Source of the DNA: Spirochaetales bacterium
GTDB taxonomy: Bacteria > Spirochaetota > Spirochaetia > JABEVK01
Direction: 5' to 3'
DNA: 64,000 nucleotides
Assembly: GCA_027451945.1 (NCBI GenBank)
Contig: DAIDHT010000034.1
Location: forward strand, 812-64,811
Positions 18,057 through 27,481 of this stretch are shown here, piece by piece (position 1 is the first letter of the stretch; the number at the start of each line of letters is the position of its first letter). A program made the position numbers and the translations under genes. The notes under the pieces are model-generated. The model was not told where the DNA came from, did no database searches, and saw nothing but the letters and a program-made list of their open reading frames with translations.

Positions 18057-18655
18057 GACGCCCTCCCGAGCACGATCAAGATCAGCGCCCCGACCCCCGA
18101 GCTAACAATCAAAAGCCAACCAGCACGCGAAGTCTTGGGGCGAACCGCTTCGGCGGGAGTGTCTTCGGCTTGATAGGCTGACTCGAGCATGTGATCAAGA
18201 CTCGACCAGAAGTTTTTGGTATCAAGCGTTTTTTTGACTTCAAGTAGGCGTTCATAAAAGGCAAAGGTTTGCCCCCACAGCTGTCCCCAGGCCCCGGGAA
18301 ACTTTAAATACCGGCTGACAGAGGCTAAAGAGAGAAAGATAAAGCCGCACAGGGTGAGCCCCTTGGCTAAACCCTCGGTTAACGCTCCCTCCGTAAAAAG
18401 AAAGCCTCCCCAACGGAACAAAACTTTGCCAAACGGGACAAAGAGGTTAAAAACCGTAACGGACAGCACTAAAAAGGCAAAGTACAAAAACCGAATTTTC
18501 TTCCCAGCGGCTAGAGCGGCCACCGCCCCTACCGCCGTTAAGACGATCCTGACAGGCCAAGTGGGAGTCAACGCTAAAACCGCGATCAACCCCAGCCCCC
18601 ATACCAAGCGGGTGCCCGGTGCCAGCCAGCGGTGCAAATGATCAGTTCGTGCCAT
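18053..18655 (-). CDS. Truncated ECF transporter T-component-like membrane protein
   Basis: FNLFVPFGKVLF...FTEGALTEGLAKG resembles the EcfT/CbiQ N-half; overlaps both neighbours. Confidence 0.55.
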   Translation of the reverse strand: MARTDHLHRWLAPGTRLVWGLGLIAVLALTPTWPVRIVLTAVGAVAALAAGKKIRFLYFAFLVLSVTVFNLFVPFGKVLFRWGGFLFTEGALTEGLAKGLTLCGFIFLSLASVSRYLKFPGAWGQLWGQTFAFYERLLEVKKTLDTKNFWSSLDHMLESAYQAEDTPAEAVRPKTSRAGWLLIVSSGVGALILIVLGRAS

Positions 18656-19205
18656 AGGCTACCTTTTTCCACCAGTGTGAGCGTTGGGTAAAGGTCTGGG
18701 CTAGCAAACCCACGGCCAGGCCGCTTCCGGTCCCCAACCCGTAGAACAGGGGGGCGATTACCAGCGAGGTGGGCCCAAAGATAAATTGGATGGAGAGCAA
18801 GATTTGAACGGTGTTGCTCGCCAAGGCTCCAGCCAAACCCAGGCTGACTAGGGACGATCTCCGTTTGACCGCAGGAAAGCGTCGCATCAGCCGGTGCAAG
18901 CCGACCATGACCAAAAAAGAAGCAGTCGAACCGGCCAGGGAAAACAAAAAGACATAGCTGGCCAAGGTGCCGTTCACCAAAGCTTGTCCGGCCACTTTGA
19001 GGGCTAAAAGCAAGGCAAGCTCACGAAAGTTGAACGTGTCTAGGCCGACTAACAGGGGGAGGTTGGCCAACCCGAGACGAAAAAAAGGAACTGGCTTGGG
19101 AAAGAGGTACTCAATAGTCGACAGAAAAAGCGACAACGCCCCTAAAAAGGGGACAAGTCTGCGATGGTCGGTGCTCGTGAGCAAGCGTTCAGTAGGCTGT
19201 GGCAT
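18642..19205 (-). CDS. Gx transporter family protein (so-called heptaprenyl-PP synthase component I)
   Basis: LSTIEYLFPKPVPFFRLGLANL, FLFSLAGS, GALASNTVQ. Confidence 0.88.
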   Translation of the reverse strand: MPQPTERLLTSTDHRRLVPFLGALSLFLSTIEYLFPKPVPFFRLGLANLPLLVGLDTFNFRELALLLALKVAGQALVNGTLASYVFLFSLAGSTASFLVMVGLHRLMRRFPAVKRRSSLVSLGLAGALASNTVQILLSIQFIFGPTSLVIAPLFYGLGTGSGLAVGLLAQTFTQRSHWWKKVAYGTN

Positions 19206-19566
19206 CTAACCCCCCGGCGGTTGGGGTACCGCTGATGCGAACAAAGACATGGTTGGGTAAACAGGCCACCCATTGGCCGACCCGCGAGATCTTTCCCATC
19301 TCGATACAAATTTTGTTCTTGCAGGGGGAATCTGAAACCCATACCTGGGTTGGCTTGCCGGTCACGGCCCTGACTTGCACGTCCGTGACGCCCAAGGGCC
19401 CCGGAGCCTCGATGGTGCGTGTGGCCGTCAACGGGTACACCCAAACCCCAGCATCGGTTTGAACTTCTAGCCGAGGCTGGGTAGAAGCGGGGGAAGCCAC
19501 CGCCCAAGCCGTCACGCTCGTAAGCAAAATACCCATCGCCAACCAGACGAAATCGAAAAGCTTCAT
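19189..19566 (-). CDS. NusG domain II-containing periplasmic protein
   Basis: N-terminal TM; SDSPCKNKICIEMGKIS...VACLPNHVFVRI. Confidence 0.9.
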   Translation of the reverse strand: MKLFDFVWLAMGILLTSVTAWAVASPASTQPRLEVQTDAGVWVYPLTATRTIEAPGPLGVTDVQVRAVTGKPTQVWVSDSPCKNKICIEMGKISRVGQWVACLPNHVFVRISGTPTAGGLDATAY

Positions 19567-19697
19567 GCTGGGTTTGTTGTATCACAAAAAAGCCCAGTGC
19601 GAAAACGCTTTAACCCCTTTGCGAAGCCTGGATTTCGGACTAACTTGAAGGAGCCCGATAAGGCAGGAAATTGCCCGAAGATGCAGGAGGACGAAGG

Positions 19698-20555
19698 ATG
19701 ACAGAGTGGGACTTAGAGCGAATACTTCCCCGACTTTTAGAAAGCGGGCGTCTTGCGTTATCCTATTTCGATGCTCCTGTAAAAGAGTTTAAAAAAGATC
19801 ATTCTTTGGTCACTGTGGCAGATCGCTCGGTTGAAGCCTATTTAACAGCCGAGTTCAACCAGCCTGCCGCCGGGGCTTTTGTGCTGGGCGAAGAAACCAT
19901 CGAAGGTCAAACCGAGGATTACTTAACGCGGGCCTTTGAGCAAGAAGCCTGGGTGATTGACCCAATTGACGGGACAGCCCCGTATGCGAATGGCCTACCG
20001 ACATGGGGAGTCTCGTTGGGGTGGATGAGTCAGGGAGTTTTGAAAGAGGGGGCTGTGTTTTTGCCCGCCTTAGGGGAATTGTACTACTCGAACAAGGGTC
20101 AAGTTTTTCGTGAGAAGACAGGTAGTGACCCCGATTTGTGGAAAAGCCGTCCGGGTACGCCCCAAAAGCTTACCCCGCCTCCGCCCAACCTACCTCCGGG
20201 TAGCATGTTATCGATCAGTCAACAGCTTTCGCGACGCGGCAGTTATCGTTTGCCGTTTTACATTCAAATCACCGGTTCGACCGTCTACAACTTGGTAAAG
20301 TTGATCTCGGGCTCGTACAGCGCCGCCGTTACCAAATTCAAACTTTGGGATTTTGCCGCCTGTCTCCCTATGGTTGCCAACTTAGGTTGGACTATGGAAT
20401 TTCACAGTGGCGGAGTCATGGGCCTGGATATGAAGGCCGGAGTCATCAAACGAGATCAAAACGACCCAAACCGGTGGGAGGCCCTTGATGAGGTCATTTT
20501 CGCACCTAACAGCGAAGTCGCGGCTTATTTAAGGGCGGGAACCGCTCCAGAATAA
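19698..20555 (+). CDS. Inositol monophosphatase family protein
   Basis: SLVTVADRSVE, LGEE, WVIDPIDGT, WDFAA; GGAGG SD before ATG 19698. Confidence 0.9.
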   Translation: MTEWDLERILPRLLESGRLALSYFDAPVKEFKKDHSLVTVADRSVEAYLTAEFNQPAAGAFVLGEETIEGQTEDYLTRAFEQEAWVIDPIDGTAPYANGLPTWGVSLGWMSQGVLKEGAVFLPALGELYYSNKGQVFREKTGSDPDLWKSRPGTPQKLTPPPPNLPPGSMLSISQQLSRRGSYRLPFYIQITGSTVYNLVKLISGSYSAAVTKFKLWDFAACLPMVANLGWTMEFHSGGVMGLDMKAGVIKRDQNDPNRWEALDEVIFAPNSEVAAYLRAGTAPE

Positions 20556-21319
20556 ACGGCAGTCAAAACCGAGGGCAACTCTCGCAGGTTTTTAATTACC
20601 GCGTCGGGGCGAACATTTGGTATCACCGGTTCTTCACCTTGCACAAACCAAATGCAGGGAAGACCGGCGTTTCTTGCTCCTTGAATATCACTGGTAAGGC
20701 TATTCCCCACCATCACAAAACCTGGTGCGTTGGGGTGCTTGGCGCGAACGATGTCAAAAATTCGGGGGTCGGGTTTGCCGATGCCGTGGTCGCCCGATAC
20801 CGTCACGCTCGAAAACCACGCTTCTAAACCACAGCGGTGAACCTTGCTCCATTGCAATTCGGGGGCACCGTTGGTTAAAAGTGCAAAATCCCAGGCCGGG
20901 CTGAGCGACTCTAAAACGGTCTGAGCTTCGGGAAACACGTAATAACGGCGCCCTCTCAGTGAGGCAAAGTCATCGGCGATCGCTTGTGTAAGCTCGGAAT
21001 CGTCAAAGCCAAACTCTTGTAGGGCTCGTCCCCACGTTTGGGTGCGGTATTGGGGAATATCTCGGCGCAAAGCGTTGAGCTCGGCACTTGCACCGCCGAA
21101 GTCTCCCCACAGCCCTTCCTGGGCACTGATGCCGATCGAACGACACCAGGAAAACGAGGGGAGTGCTTCGAACGTGGCCTGTGAAGTGTGTTGAAAGACC
21201 TTCCAAAAAGTCTCGGGGTCGACTCCGAGAAAAGCCGTGCAAAAATCGACAGTACGTCGGGTCATGAGGTCCTGAACGATCAAGGTATCATCAAGGTCAA
21301 ATATCACAACGGGTTTCAT
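20525..21319 (-). CDS. HAD-family hydrolase, YsaA-like (probable phosphoserine phosphatase)
   Basis: FDLDDTL, LLTNG, GKPDPRIF, MVGNSLTSDIQGA; cap motif IGISAQEGLWGDF resembles B. subtilis YsaA as recalled. Confidence 0.8.
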   Translation of the reverse strand: MKPVVIFDLDDTLIVQDLMTRRTVDFCTAFLGVDPETFWKVFQHTSQATFEALPSFSWCRSIGISAQEGLWGDFGGASAELNALRRDIPQYRTQTWGRALQEFGFDDSELTQAIADDFASLRGRRYYVFPEAQTVLESLSPAWDFALLTNGAPELQWSKVHRCGLEAWFSSVTVSGDHGIGKPDPRIFDIVRAKHPNAPGFVMVGNSLTSDIQGARNAGLPCIWFVQGEEPVIPNVRPDAVIKNLRELPSVLTAVYSGAVPALK

Positions 21320-21346
21320 GGGTACTTCACCATACCTGAAAGCCGT

Positions 21347-23389
21347 CTATTGGACAACGAGGTAGGCCCCGTCACCAGACGACGGCGAAAAGGCTGCTCC
21401 TGCCACGGTCTGAATTGAGGCTATCACCATGTCAGGAGACGCTTGGGTCACACGTCCCCTGGCAACTACGTCATCGGCCGTTCCTCGACGATGATGGATT
21501 TCGATCATCTGACCGACTTGGGCCTGGACCCGTGTCAGAGGTTCTATCACCGCGGTAGAGCCATCGAGGTTGACGATCGACCCGACAAACCGAAGACGTG
21601 AGGTATCAATCTTCGATTCTATGGCACCCTTTTGCAGAAGGTTTTGTATCGCGATTAGCACCTCGCGATATTTGTTATCGCCTTGGGCAAGCGAGTTTGC
21701 TTTGTCTTGGGCTGCCAAGGCGTCTGGGTTATTGCCCTGAAGGTATGAGGTAAACGAAAGTACATCATTAAACGCCTGGTGACGAACCTTGGTGGGGTCG
21801 TACGGTTTGGTTCCGCTGTTGTAGACGAGCAAGGCGCTGTCAAAGTTCGGAAACAACGTTTGGGCGTCTTCGGTGGCAAAAGTTTGCAGAAAGTCTTTCG
21901 TTGCGGCATCAAAGTTGGGTTCCCCGGGGGCTTTTAGGGCGGTAAAGGCGGCATCCTGGTATTTGTGGTAAAGGGCCGCGAGAGTATTCCACTTGGTTTG
22001 GTACGGTAAAAGGGCCGCCACTTGTTTGGCTAGGTCGGCCGTTTTGCCGCTTTGGTCGCCCTTAAGGGTTTTAAGCTTCGCCAGCTCGGCTTCATCTTTG
22101 GCGATTTTGTCTTGGTAGGCTTTCCAAGCCGCATTGATGCCCTCTTTGAGAGCCACCGAACTCACCCCGGAATGGAGCAGTTCGAGCTCTGCGGCAGGGC
22201 CTTTTTGTAACGCCAAGGCTTTTGCCTGGGCCAGAAGAGCTTCAATTTGCGCCTGTTCACGGCGGGTTTGTTCGTCACGTAAGATCTGAAAGGCCCGTTC
22301 GATTTCGGGAACACGACTTACAGCCAAGGCGGCGAGGGCGGCACGTTGGTCGGCTTTAGCCTGCTCCGCTTGCTTCATGCCGTTCAAGAACGCTTCAAAA
22401 CGGGGGTCCTTGCCCCCTCTTTTGAGGGCCTCAAGGGCTGATTGCAACGACGAAGCCACTTCGAGCCCAGTGTCGGCTCGGCGTCGTACGGCCGCTAGCG
22501 CAGAGCGCTGGGCGTGGCGGTACAGCTCTTTTAAGTTGTTCAGAGTCGTTTGTGCCGTAATCAAATGGCCTGCCAGAAAGGCTTGGTGAAGCTGACTGTA
22601 CAAGGCTGAACTTTGGCGAAACAGCAGATCCAGCTCGTCGCGTTCATGCTGAAGGGTGGCCAGCCGTTCTGATATAAGCTCAGCTGCCCGTTCTTTAGAC
22701 GACGCTTTGGCTTGGGCGGTGTTAAGTTGCTCCTGAAGGGCTTTTAGCTCATGTGAACGTTGATCGATCTGTTCTTGGGCTTGTTGGCGGAAGAGTTGAA
22801 GCTGGTGTTCAAACTCGGCCGTCTTTTGCGCTTCGAGGGCCTTGAGTCGCTGTTCGACCGCGGCCGGTGAAAGGCCTTCGGCCAGCAGTTTACGACGTTC
22901 TGCTTCAAGCTGTTGTTCAAGTTCTGCTTTGAGTTTTTTTGTTCGAGCGTCCACTTGGGCGTTCATCGTCAGTGTGAGTCGGTCTTTTTCTTGCGCTAAG
23001 CGAGCAAGGTTATCTTGAATCGAACGAATCTCTTGATTTTTGGCCGCCAACTTGGCTTGGGACTCTTCCATTACCTTGGCGAGCAGGGTTCCTTCGGCAG
23101 AAAAAAGCTGGTTGGTTTTTATGCTGAGGTTTTGTTGACGGGATTTGAACCACGCATCGGCAGCAAACCATCCACCCGCGATCAGGGCTAATGCCAAAAC
23201 ATTGATCAGCACAGGAAAGAAAATGCCCCGTTTACGCGGTTGGTAAGCCTCGAGATCGGTAGCCGCCAGCCGGGAAGCGTTGGCCACCTGGTCGATTTCT
23301 TCGAGAATTTGTCGTCTTTCGTCTTCGCTGTACATGGACTCCATGTACGCTTGTTCAGAATCTAGAACCGGGGGCTGTGCGTTGCTCAT
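21347..23389 (-). CDS. Membrane-anchored coiled-coil protein with C-terminal beta domain
   Basis: One TM (FFPVLINVLALALIAGGW), long Q/E/K/A heptad region, ~80-aa beta-rich C-terminus. Confidence 0.8.
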   Translation of the reverse strand: MSNAQPPVLDSEQAYMESMYSEDERRQILEEIDQVANASRLAATDLEAYQPRKRGIFFPVLINVLALALIAGGWFAADAWFKSRQQNLSIKTNQLFSAEGTLLAKVMEESQAKLAAKNQEIRSIQDNLARLAQEKDRLTLTMNAQVDARTKKLKAELEQQLEAERRKLLAEGLSPAAVEQRLKALEAQKTAEFEHQLQLFRQQAQEQIDQRSHELKALQEQLNTAQAKASSKERAAELISERLATLQHERDELDLLFRQSSALYSQLHQAFLAGHLITAQTTLNNLKELYRHAQRSALAAVRRRADTGLEVASSLQSALEALKRGGKDPRFEAFLNGMKQAEQAKADQRAALAALAVSRVPEIERAFQILRDEQTRREQAQIEALLAQAKALALQKGPAAELELLHSGVSSVALKEGINAAWKAYQDKIAKDEAELAKLKTLKGDQSGKTADLAKQVAALLPYQTKWNTLAALYHKYQDAAFTALKAPGEPNFDAATKDFLQTFATEDAQTLFPNFDSALLVYNSGTKPYDPTKVRHQAFNDVLSFTSYLQGNNPDALAAQDKANSLAQGDNKYREVLIAIQNLLQKGAIESKIDTSRLRFVGSIVNLDGSTAVIEPLTRVQAQVGQMIEIHHRRGTADDVVARGRVTQASPDMVIASIQTVAGAAFSPSSGDGAYLVVQ

Positions 23390-23416
23390 AGCGTCTTACC
23401 ACACTTTCGGTCAAAA

Positions 23417-25135
23417 GTGATAAGAAATAAAGTCCTTCAGAGAGCTTTCGTCAGTGCCGATTCTGACAGAAGAATGAGTATCCGCCTCAAAATCATCTTG
23501 ATTGTTCTTCCTCTTTTAACGGCTACCCTCATGCTAACCGGGTTTGCGGCGGTATTTTCGGCCGAAACAGGGATCACCAAGGTCGCAATTGACTTTTTGG
23601 GGTTCAAAGCCGAAGAGCTGAAAAAGAACGCGGACAGCCAGTGGAATTTGTTGGTAACGAACCATTTAACGGGCAACCCGCAGTACGTCGAAGTAACAAA
23701 GCAAGCGGTGCAGAGTTTCGCCAAGAGTGTGATTAGGTCTGACACGGAACTTATTTTTGCGCTGAATCAAAGTGGAAAAATCGCCATGTCGACTCGGCCT
23801 ATCAAATGGTTGCCAGGGGAACTAGCCGCTCTGGAAGCGATGGAGAAAGCAAAGACAACAGGGTGGCAAACCTTTACCGCAGAAGGTCGAGAGCGGGTTG
23901 CCCAGATCTTCTTTTTTGAGCCGTTCGGCTGGTATGTTGTTGTTTCAGAAGCTCGTGATACCTTTTTTCAGGGTGTGCGTGAAATCAACCTGCAAAATTA
24001 CTTGATTCTTGCGGGTTCTTTGATTTTTTCGTTCCTCCTCATGTTGTTCTTTTCGACCTACCTCACTCGTCCCATTTCCAAAATGGTCCGAACGATGCGC
24101 GAAATTATCCAAGACAATAACTTAACCCGCCGTGTTGATGTTGAGTTTCAAGACGAAATAGGGCGAATGGCCCAAACGTTTAACCTGATGTTGGCCGAAT
24201 TGGAGAGGGCCTACGGGCAGATTAAGAATTTTGCCTATCAGTCCGTCTTGGCCCGAAAAACCGAACAGAAAATCCGTAACATTTTTCAAAAATACGTCCC
24301 TGCCGATGTCATTGATGAAGTTTTGGGTAACCCGGAGTCGATGTTAACAGGCGAGAACCGGCACGTGGCAATCTTGTTTTCGGATATTCGCGGGTTTACC
24401 ACGATTTCTGAGACCATGAGGCCCGATGAGTTAGTAACCTCTCTGAACCGCTATTTTTCGATGATGGTTGATATCATTGTCGCGCGAAATGGCACGGTCG
24501 ACAAATACATTGGTGATGCTATTATGGCCCTGTTTGGCGCCCCCGTTCGTAGCGAGAACGACTCGCTGTTATCGGTTTTGGCTGGTTTAGAAATGGCACA
24601 GGCCTTGGAAGTCTTTAACGAAGAACAAAAGGCTAAGGGTAAAAAAGAGTTTCACATTGGCATCGGGATCAATTACGGCGAAGTTACGGTGGGCAACATC
24701 GGTTCCGAGAAAAAAATGAACTACACGGTGATTGGGGATAACGTCAACTTGGCGTCCCGCTTAGAGGGCTTAACAAAAAAGTATAAGCAAATGTTGTTGT
24801 TCTCGGATTCTGTTTATCAACGGGTAGGGCGTTATGTCTATTGTCGGTTGGTGGACAAAGTGGTCGTCAAGGGTAAGACTCACGGAGAAAACATTTACAC
24901 CGCCAAACGCACCCTCACAGACCAAGAAAAAAGCGGCTGGGCGACGTGGCACTCGGGGCTAGAAGCCTATTACCGTCGCGACTTTGGTCGAGCTAGGGGC
25001 TTGTTTCTTGAAGTTGCCGACCGGTGGCTTCCTGGTGATACCTTAGCGCTAGACTTTGCTGAACGGGCTACGTTCTTGGTGCAAAACCCGCCGGAGCCAG
25101 GTTGGGTTGGTCTTGAAATCATGCACGAAAAATAA
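23417..25135 (+). CDS. Membrane class III adenylate cyclase with periplasmic sensor and HAMP domain
   Basis: Two TMs; HAMP DEIGRMAQTFNLM; LFSDIRGFT; VDKYIGDAIMA; YTVIGDNVNLASRLEG (Lys/Thr at ATP-specifying positions). Start may be ATG 23474. Confidence 0.92.
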   Translation: MIRNKVLQRAFVSADSDRRMSIRLKIILIVLPLLTATLMLTGFAAVFSAETGITKVAIDFLGFKAEELKKNADSQWNLLVTNHLTGNPQYVEVTKQAVQSFAKSVIRSDTELIFALNQSGKIAMSTRPIKWLPGELAALEAMEKAKTTGWQTFTAEGRERVAQIFFFEPFGWYVVVSEARDTFFQGVREINLQNYLILAGSLIFSFLLMLFFSTYLTRPISKMVRTMREIIQDNNLTRRVDVEFQDEIGRMAQTFNLMLAELERAYGQIKNFAYQSVLARKTEQKIRNIFQKYVPADVIDEVLGNPESMLTGENRHVAILFSDIRGFTTISETMRPDELVTSLNRYFSMMVDIIVARNGTVDKYIGDAIMALFGAPVRSENDSLLSVLAGLEMAQALEVFNEEQKAKGKKEFHIGIGINYGEVTVGNIGSEKKMNYTVIGDNVNLASRLEGLTKKYKQMLLFSDSVYQRVGRYVYCRLVDKVVVKGKTHGENIYTAKRTLTDQEKSGWATWHSGLEAYYRRDFGRARGLFLEVADRWLPGDTLALDFAERATFLVQNPPEPGWVGLEIMHEK

Positions 25136-25203
25136 AAGTTGATGGTTCTTCGTTTTGCTGACGCTTTGTTTCGCCGACGAGTCTGCTGATGGCTGTCTTC
25201 AAG

Positions 25204-25719
25204 TTATAGGTGCGATTCAGAGGTAAGAAGCGCAAGAAAAGCCAAGACGGCCGTTGTCAGTGAGATTCCTGCACCCAGCTTATCGGCGTCAACCAGTCGT
25301 TGATTATACGGGGTTGACCCGGCTGTTTGTGCCCCGGCAAAAAAGAACAGACTGCTTGCGGCACTGGCCAGCGTTACCGCAAGGCTAGCGTCGCGAAGAG
25401 GGTGCCACAGCGAGGATTCTTGGGGAAGCTTTTCTGTGACCTGGGCGGGAACGGGATGGTTGGTTAGGGCGACATCCCTTAGGGCCTCGGTACGAAGCTC
25501 CATTGTCTCATCACCAGAGTCATGATATTTCTGTTGCAACTCTTTGAGGGTGGCGAGGTCTGCAGGCGATAATGTCCGCCCTGCAACAATTTGCTGGCTG
25601 GCGGTGTCAAACACCTGCCGGAGTGTCATATGCTTTAAATCGAGGGCGTTGAGTGACTCGGCGACCGTAACGGCCGCTAAGCCGGCTCCCAAAAAAAGAA
25701 TAAAAAGAAAACGCTTCAT
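25204..25719 (-). CDS. Hypothetical exported/membrane protein
   Basis: Signal peptide plus two C-terminal hydrophobic helices; ATGA overlap with the upstream gene. Confidence 0.65.
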   Translation of the reverse strand: MKRFLFILFLGAGLAAVTVAESLNALDLKHMTLRQVFDTASQQIVAGRTLSPADLATLKELQQKYHDSGDETMELRTEALRDVALTNHPVPAQVTEKLPQESSLWHPLRDASLAVTLASAASSLFFFAGAQTAGSTPYNQRLVDADKLGAGISLTTAVLAFLALLTSESHL

Positions 25720-26798
25720 CGAGGGACTCGCATTTTATCTTCGAGGACCAGAATTTGGTGTTCAATTTCTGGCCGAGAGAACAGGGGGTCTAGAAACGCC
25801 ATGTGCTGAAGGTGGTAAAGGGCTTGAATGTCATCACCAGAGGCTTGTTCAAGGTCGGCGGCGGCTTTACAAGCCTTATCATAGTAGGTCGATTGCTGCA
25901 GGACATCGGCGACCAAGCGGAATTCAGAAAGCGCCAAGGTACGCTCACCTTGAATAGCATGAATGCGCGCCAAGAAAAACCAAGCGCCTGGAGTTTGCTG
26001 AGAATCAGGGTAGTCATGAGTTAACCGGGTAAAATTGGCTGCTGCCGCTTCAAGCTTGCCCGCTAACAAGAAGTCTTTGCCTTCACGAAAGAGGGTTGAG
26101 GCAACATGCCGTGCCTGGGGCAGGGGGGCTGGTATGGCGTGACTGGCATGAAGAAACCGAATTTTGGAGGCCTTGAGACTAAAGGCCCAGGCGATATCAC
26201 CAAGGGTGAGCCCCCAGCTGGTAACAGTGGCAGGTGAAAACGGAAAAGCCTGGCCACGGTTGACGGTGGCGTCGCCTAAGGTGGCAAGAATGCTGAGCGT
26301 AGAAAGAACTGGAATGCTCCAAGCTGTTGCCTCTAACAGCCCCTGGTCAGGAAAAATCGGGTCGATATGCACCTTTCCGTTTACCGTTTTGAGTTCCCAG
26401 GGACCCGACGGGATTGAGAATTCCTTGCCTTCAGAAGGCATGCTTTGACCCGATTGCCACAGCTGGTCGTTCTCGGGGAAGGCTAGAGTGACGGTAGATG
26501 GGTCAAGGTTAACGGGGATAACGACAATTTTTCCCGGCTCAAGGTCTAGGGTACGTGACCAACTTTGGTAGCCTTTTTTGGTCAGAACCACGGTGTGACG
26601 ACCTGGTTTAAGCAAGGATAGGTAAGAAGGCGTCGCCCGACCCAAGGCATGCCCATCCCATTGGATAGACGCCCCTAAGGGGTTGGACTCTAAAAAGACT
26701 CCCGATGTTGGGGACACAGAATTCCCCGTCAAACTCTGAGCGGGGAGTTGACCGCCCCATAAAAAAGCCGCCACGAGCGGTGCCAAAAGGCGCTTCAT
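25716..26798 (-). CDS. PEGA-domain + TPR protein
   Basis: Probable start ATG 26798 (MKRLLAPL, signal peptide); PEGA ESNPLGASIQWDG..LGRATP...PGRHTVVLTKKGYQSW; BamD/YbgF-like TPR DYPDS...AWFFLAR. Confidence 0.75.
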   Translation of the reverse strand: MKRLLAPLVAAFLWGGQLPAQSLTGNSVSPTSGVFLESNPLGASIQWDGHALGRATPSYLSLLKPGRHTVVLTKKGYQSWSRTLDLEPGKIVVIPVNLDPSTVTLAFPENDQLWQSGQSMPSEGKEFSIPSGPWELKTVNGKVHIDPIFPDQGLLEATAWSIPVLSTLSILATLGDATVNRGQAFPFSPATVTSWGLTLGDIAWAFSLKASKIRFLHASHAIPAPLPQARHVASTLFREGKDFLLAGKLEAAAANFTRLTHDYPDSQQTPGAWFFLARIHAIQGERTLALSEFRLVADVLQQSTYYDKACKAAADLEQASGDDIQALYHLQHMAFLDPLFSRPEIEHQILVLEDKMRVPR

Positions 26799-26837
26799 GC
26801 TCTTCACTATAACCCAACTATAACTCAGGCGCACTGA

Positions 26838-27431
26838 TCACGCCAGCGTGAGGCCTGTGCCCAAAAAATAGGTTTCAAAGGATTCGTCCCGCACGGCCTT
26901 GGGGCGAAGAATCTTAGTTTGTCGAAAACGGGTATTGAGGCGTTCCAAAAGGACTTTTTCGTCCCCTCCTTGAAAGATTTTTGCCAGCAAACTGCCTCCG
27001 GGTACCAAAAGTTGTTCCGCCACTTCGATAACACGTTCTACCAAACGAAAAGAACGGGCAGTGTCTACGGTACGGTTACCGGTAGTTGAAGGAGCGGCAT
27101 CAGATAAAATGACATCATAGGGGCCCTTCTCTTTCAGAGTAACAAAAGAACTTTCGTCAAAAAGATCACCTTGAAAGAAAAACGCATTAGGGGGAAAGGT
27201 TTTGAGTTTTACCGGTGCCAGGTCTATACCAACCAGAAAACCAGTACCGTCAAGGAGCTTTAGGGTGTACAGCGACCAACTGCCAGGACTAGAACCGACA
27301 TCGAGCACCCGAAGGTTCTTTTTTAAGAGACCTGTTTTTTGTTGGATTTCTTCGAGTTTGTAAACCGAACGGGCCGGGTAGCCTTCGCGCTGAGCCTTCA
27401 AGGCATAAAAATCTGGTTTTTCACGTCCCAT
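26838..27431 (-). CDS. rlmE: 23S rRNA U2552 2'-O-methyltransferase RlmE/FtsJ
   Basis: GYPARSVYKLEEI, LDVGSSPGSW, SDAAP, KIFQG, KAVRDESFE. Confidence 0.95.
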   Translation of the reverse strand: MGREKPDFYALKAQREGYPARSVYKLEEIQQKTGLLKKNLRVLDVGSSPGSWSLYTLKLLDGTGFLVGIDLAPVKLKTFPPNAFFFQGDLFDESSFVTLKEKGPYDVILSDAAPSTTGNRTVDTARSFRLVERVIEVAEQLLVPGGSLLAKIFQGGDEKVLLERLNTRFRQTKILRPKAVRDESFETYFLGTGLTLA

Positions 27432-27481
27432 TCTGAGCGGACTCCTTGACGGTCGTACCGTTTACAGGCGAAATTCGCGCC

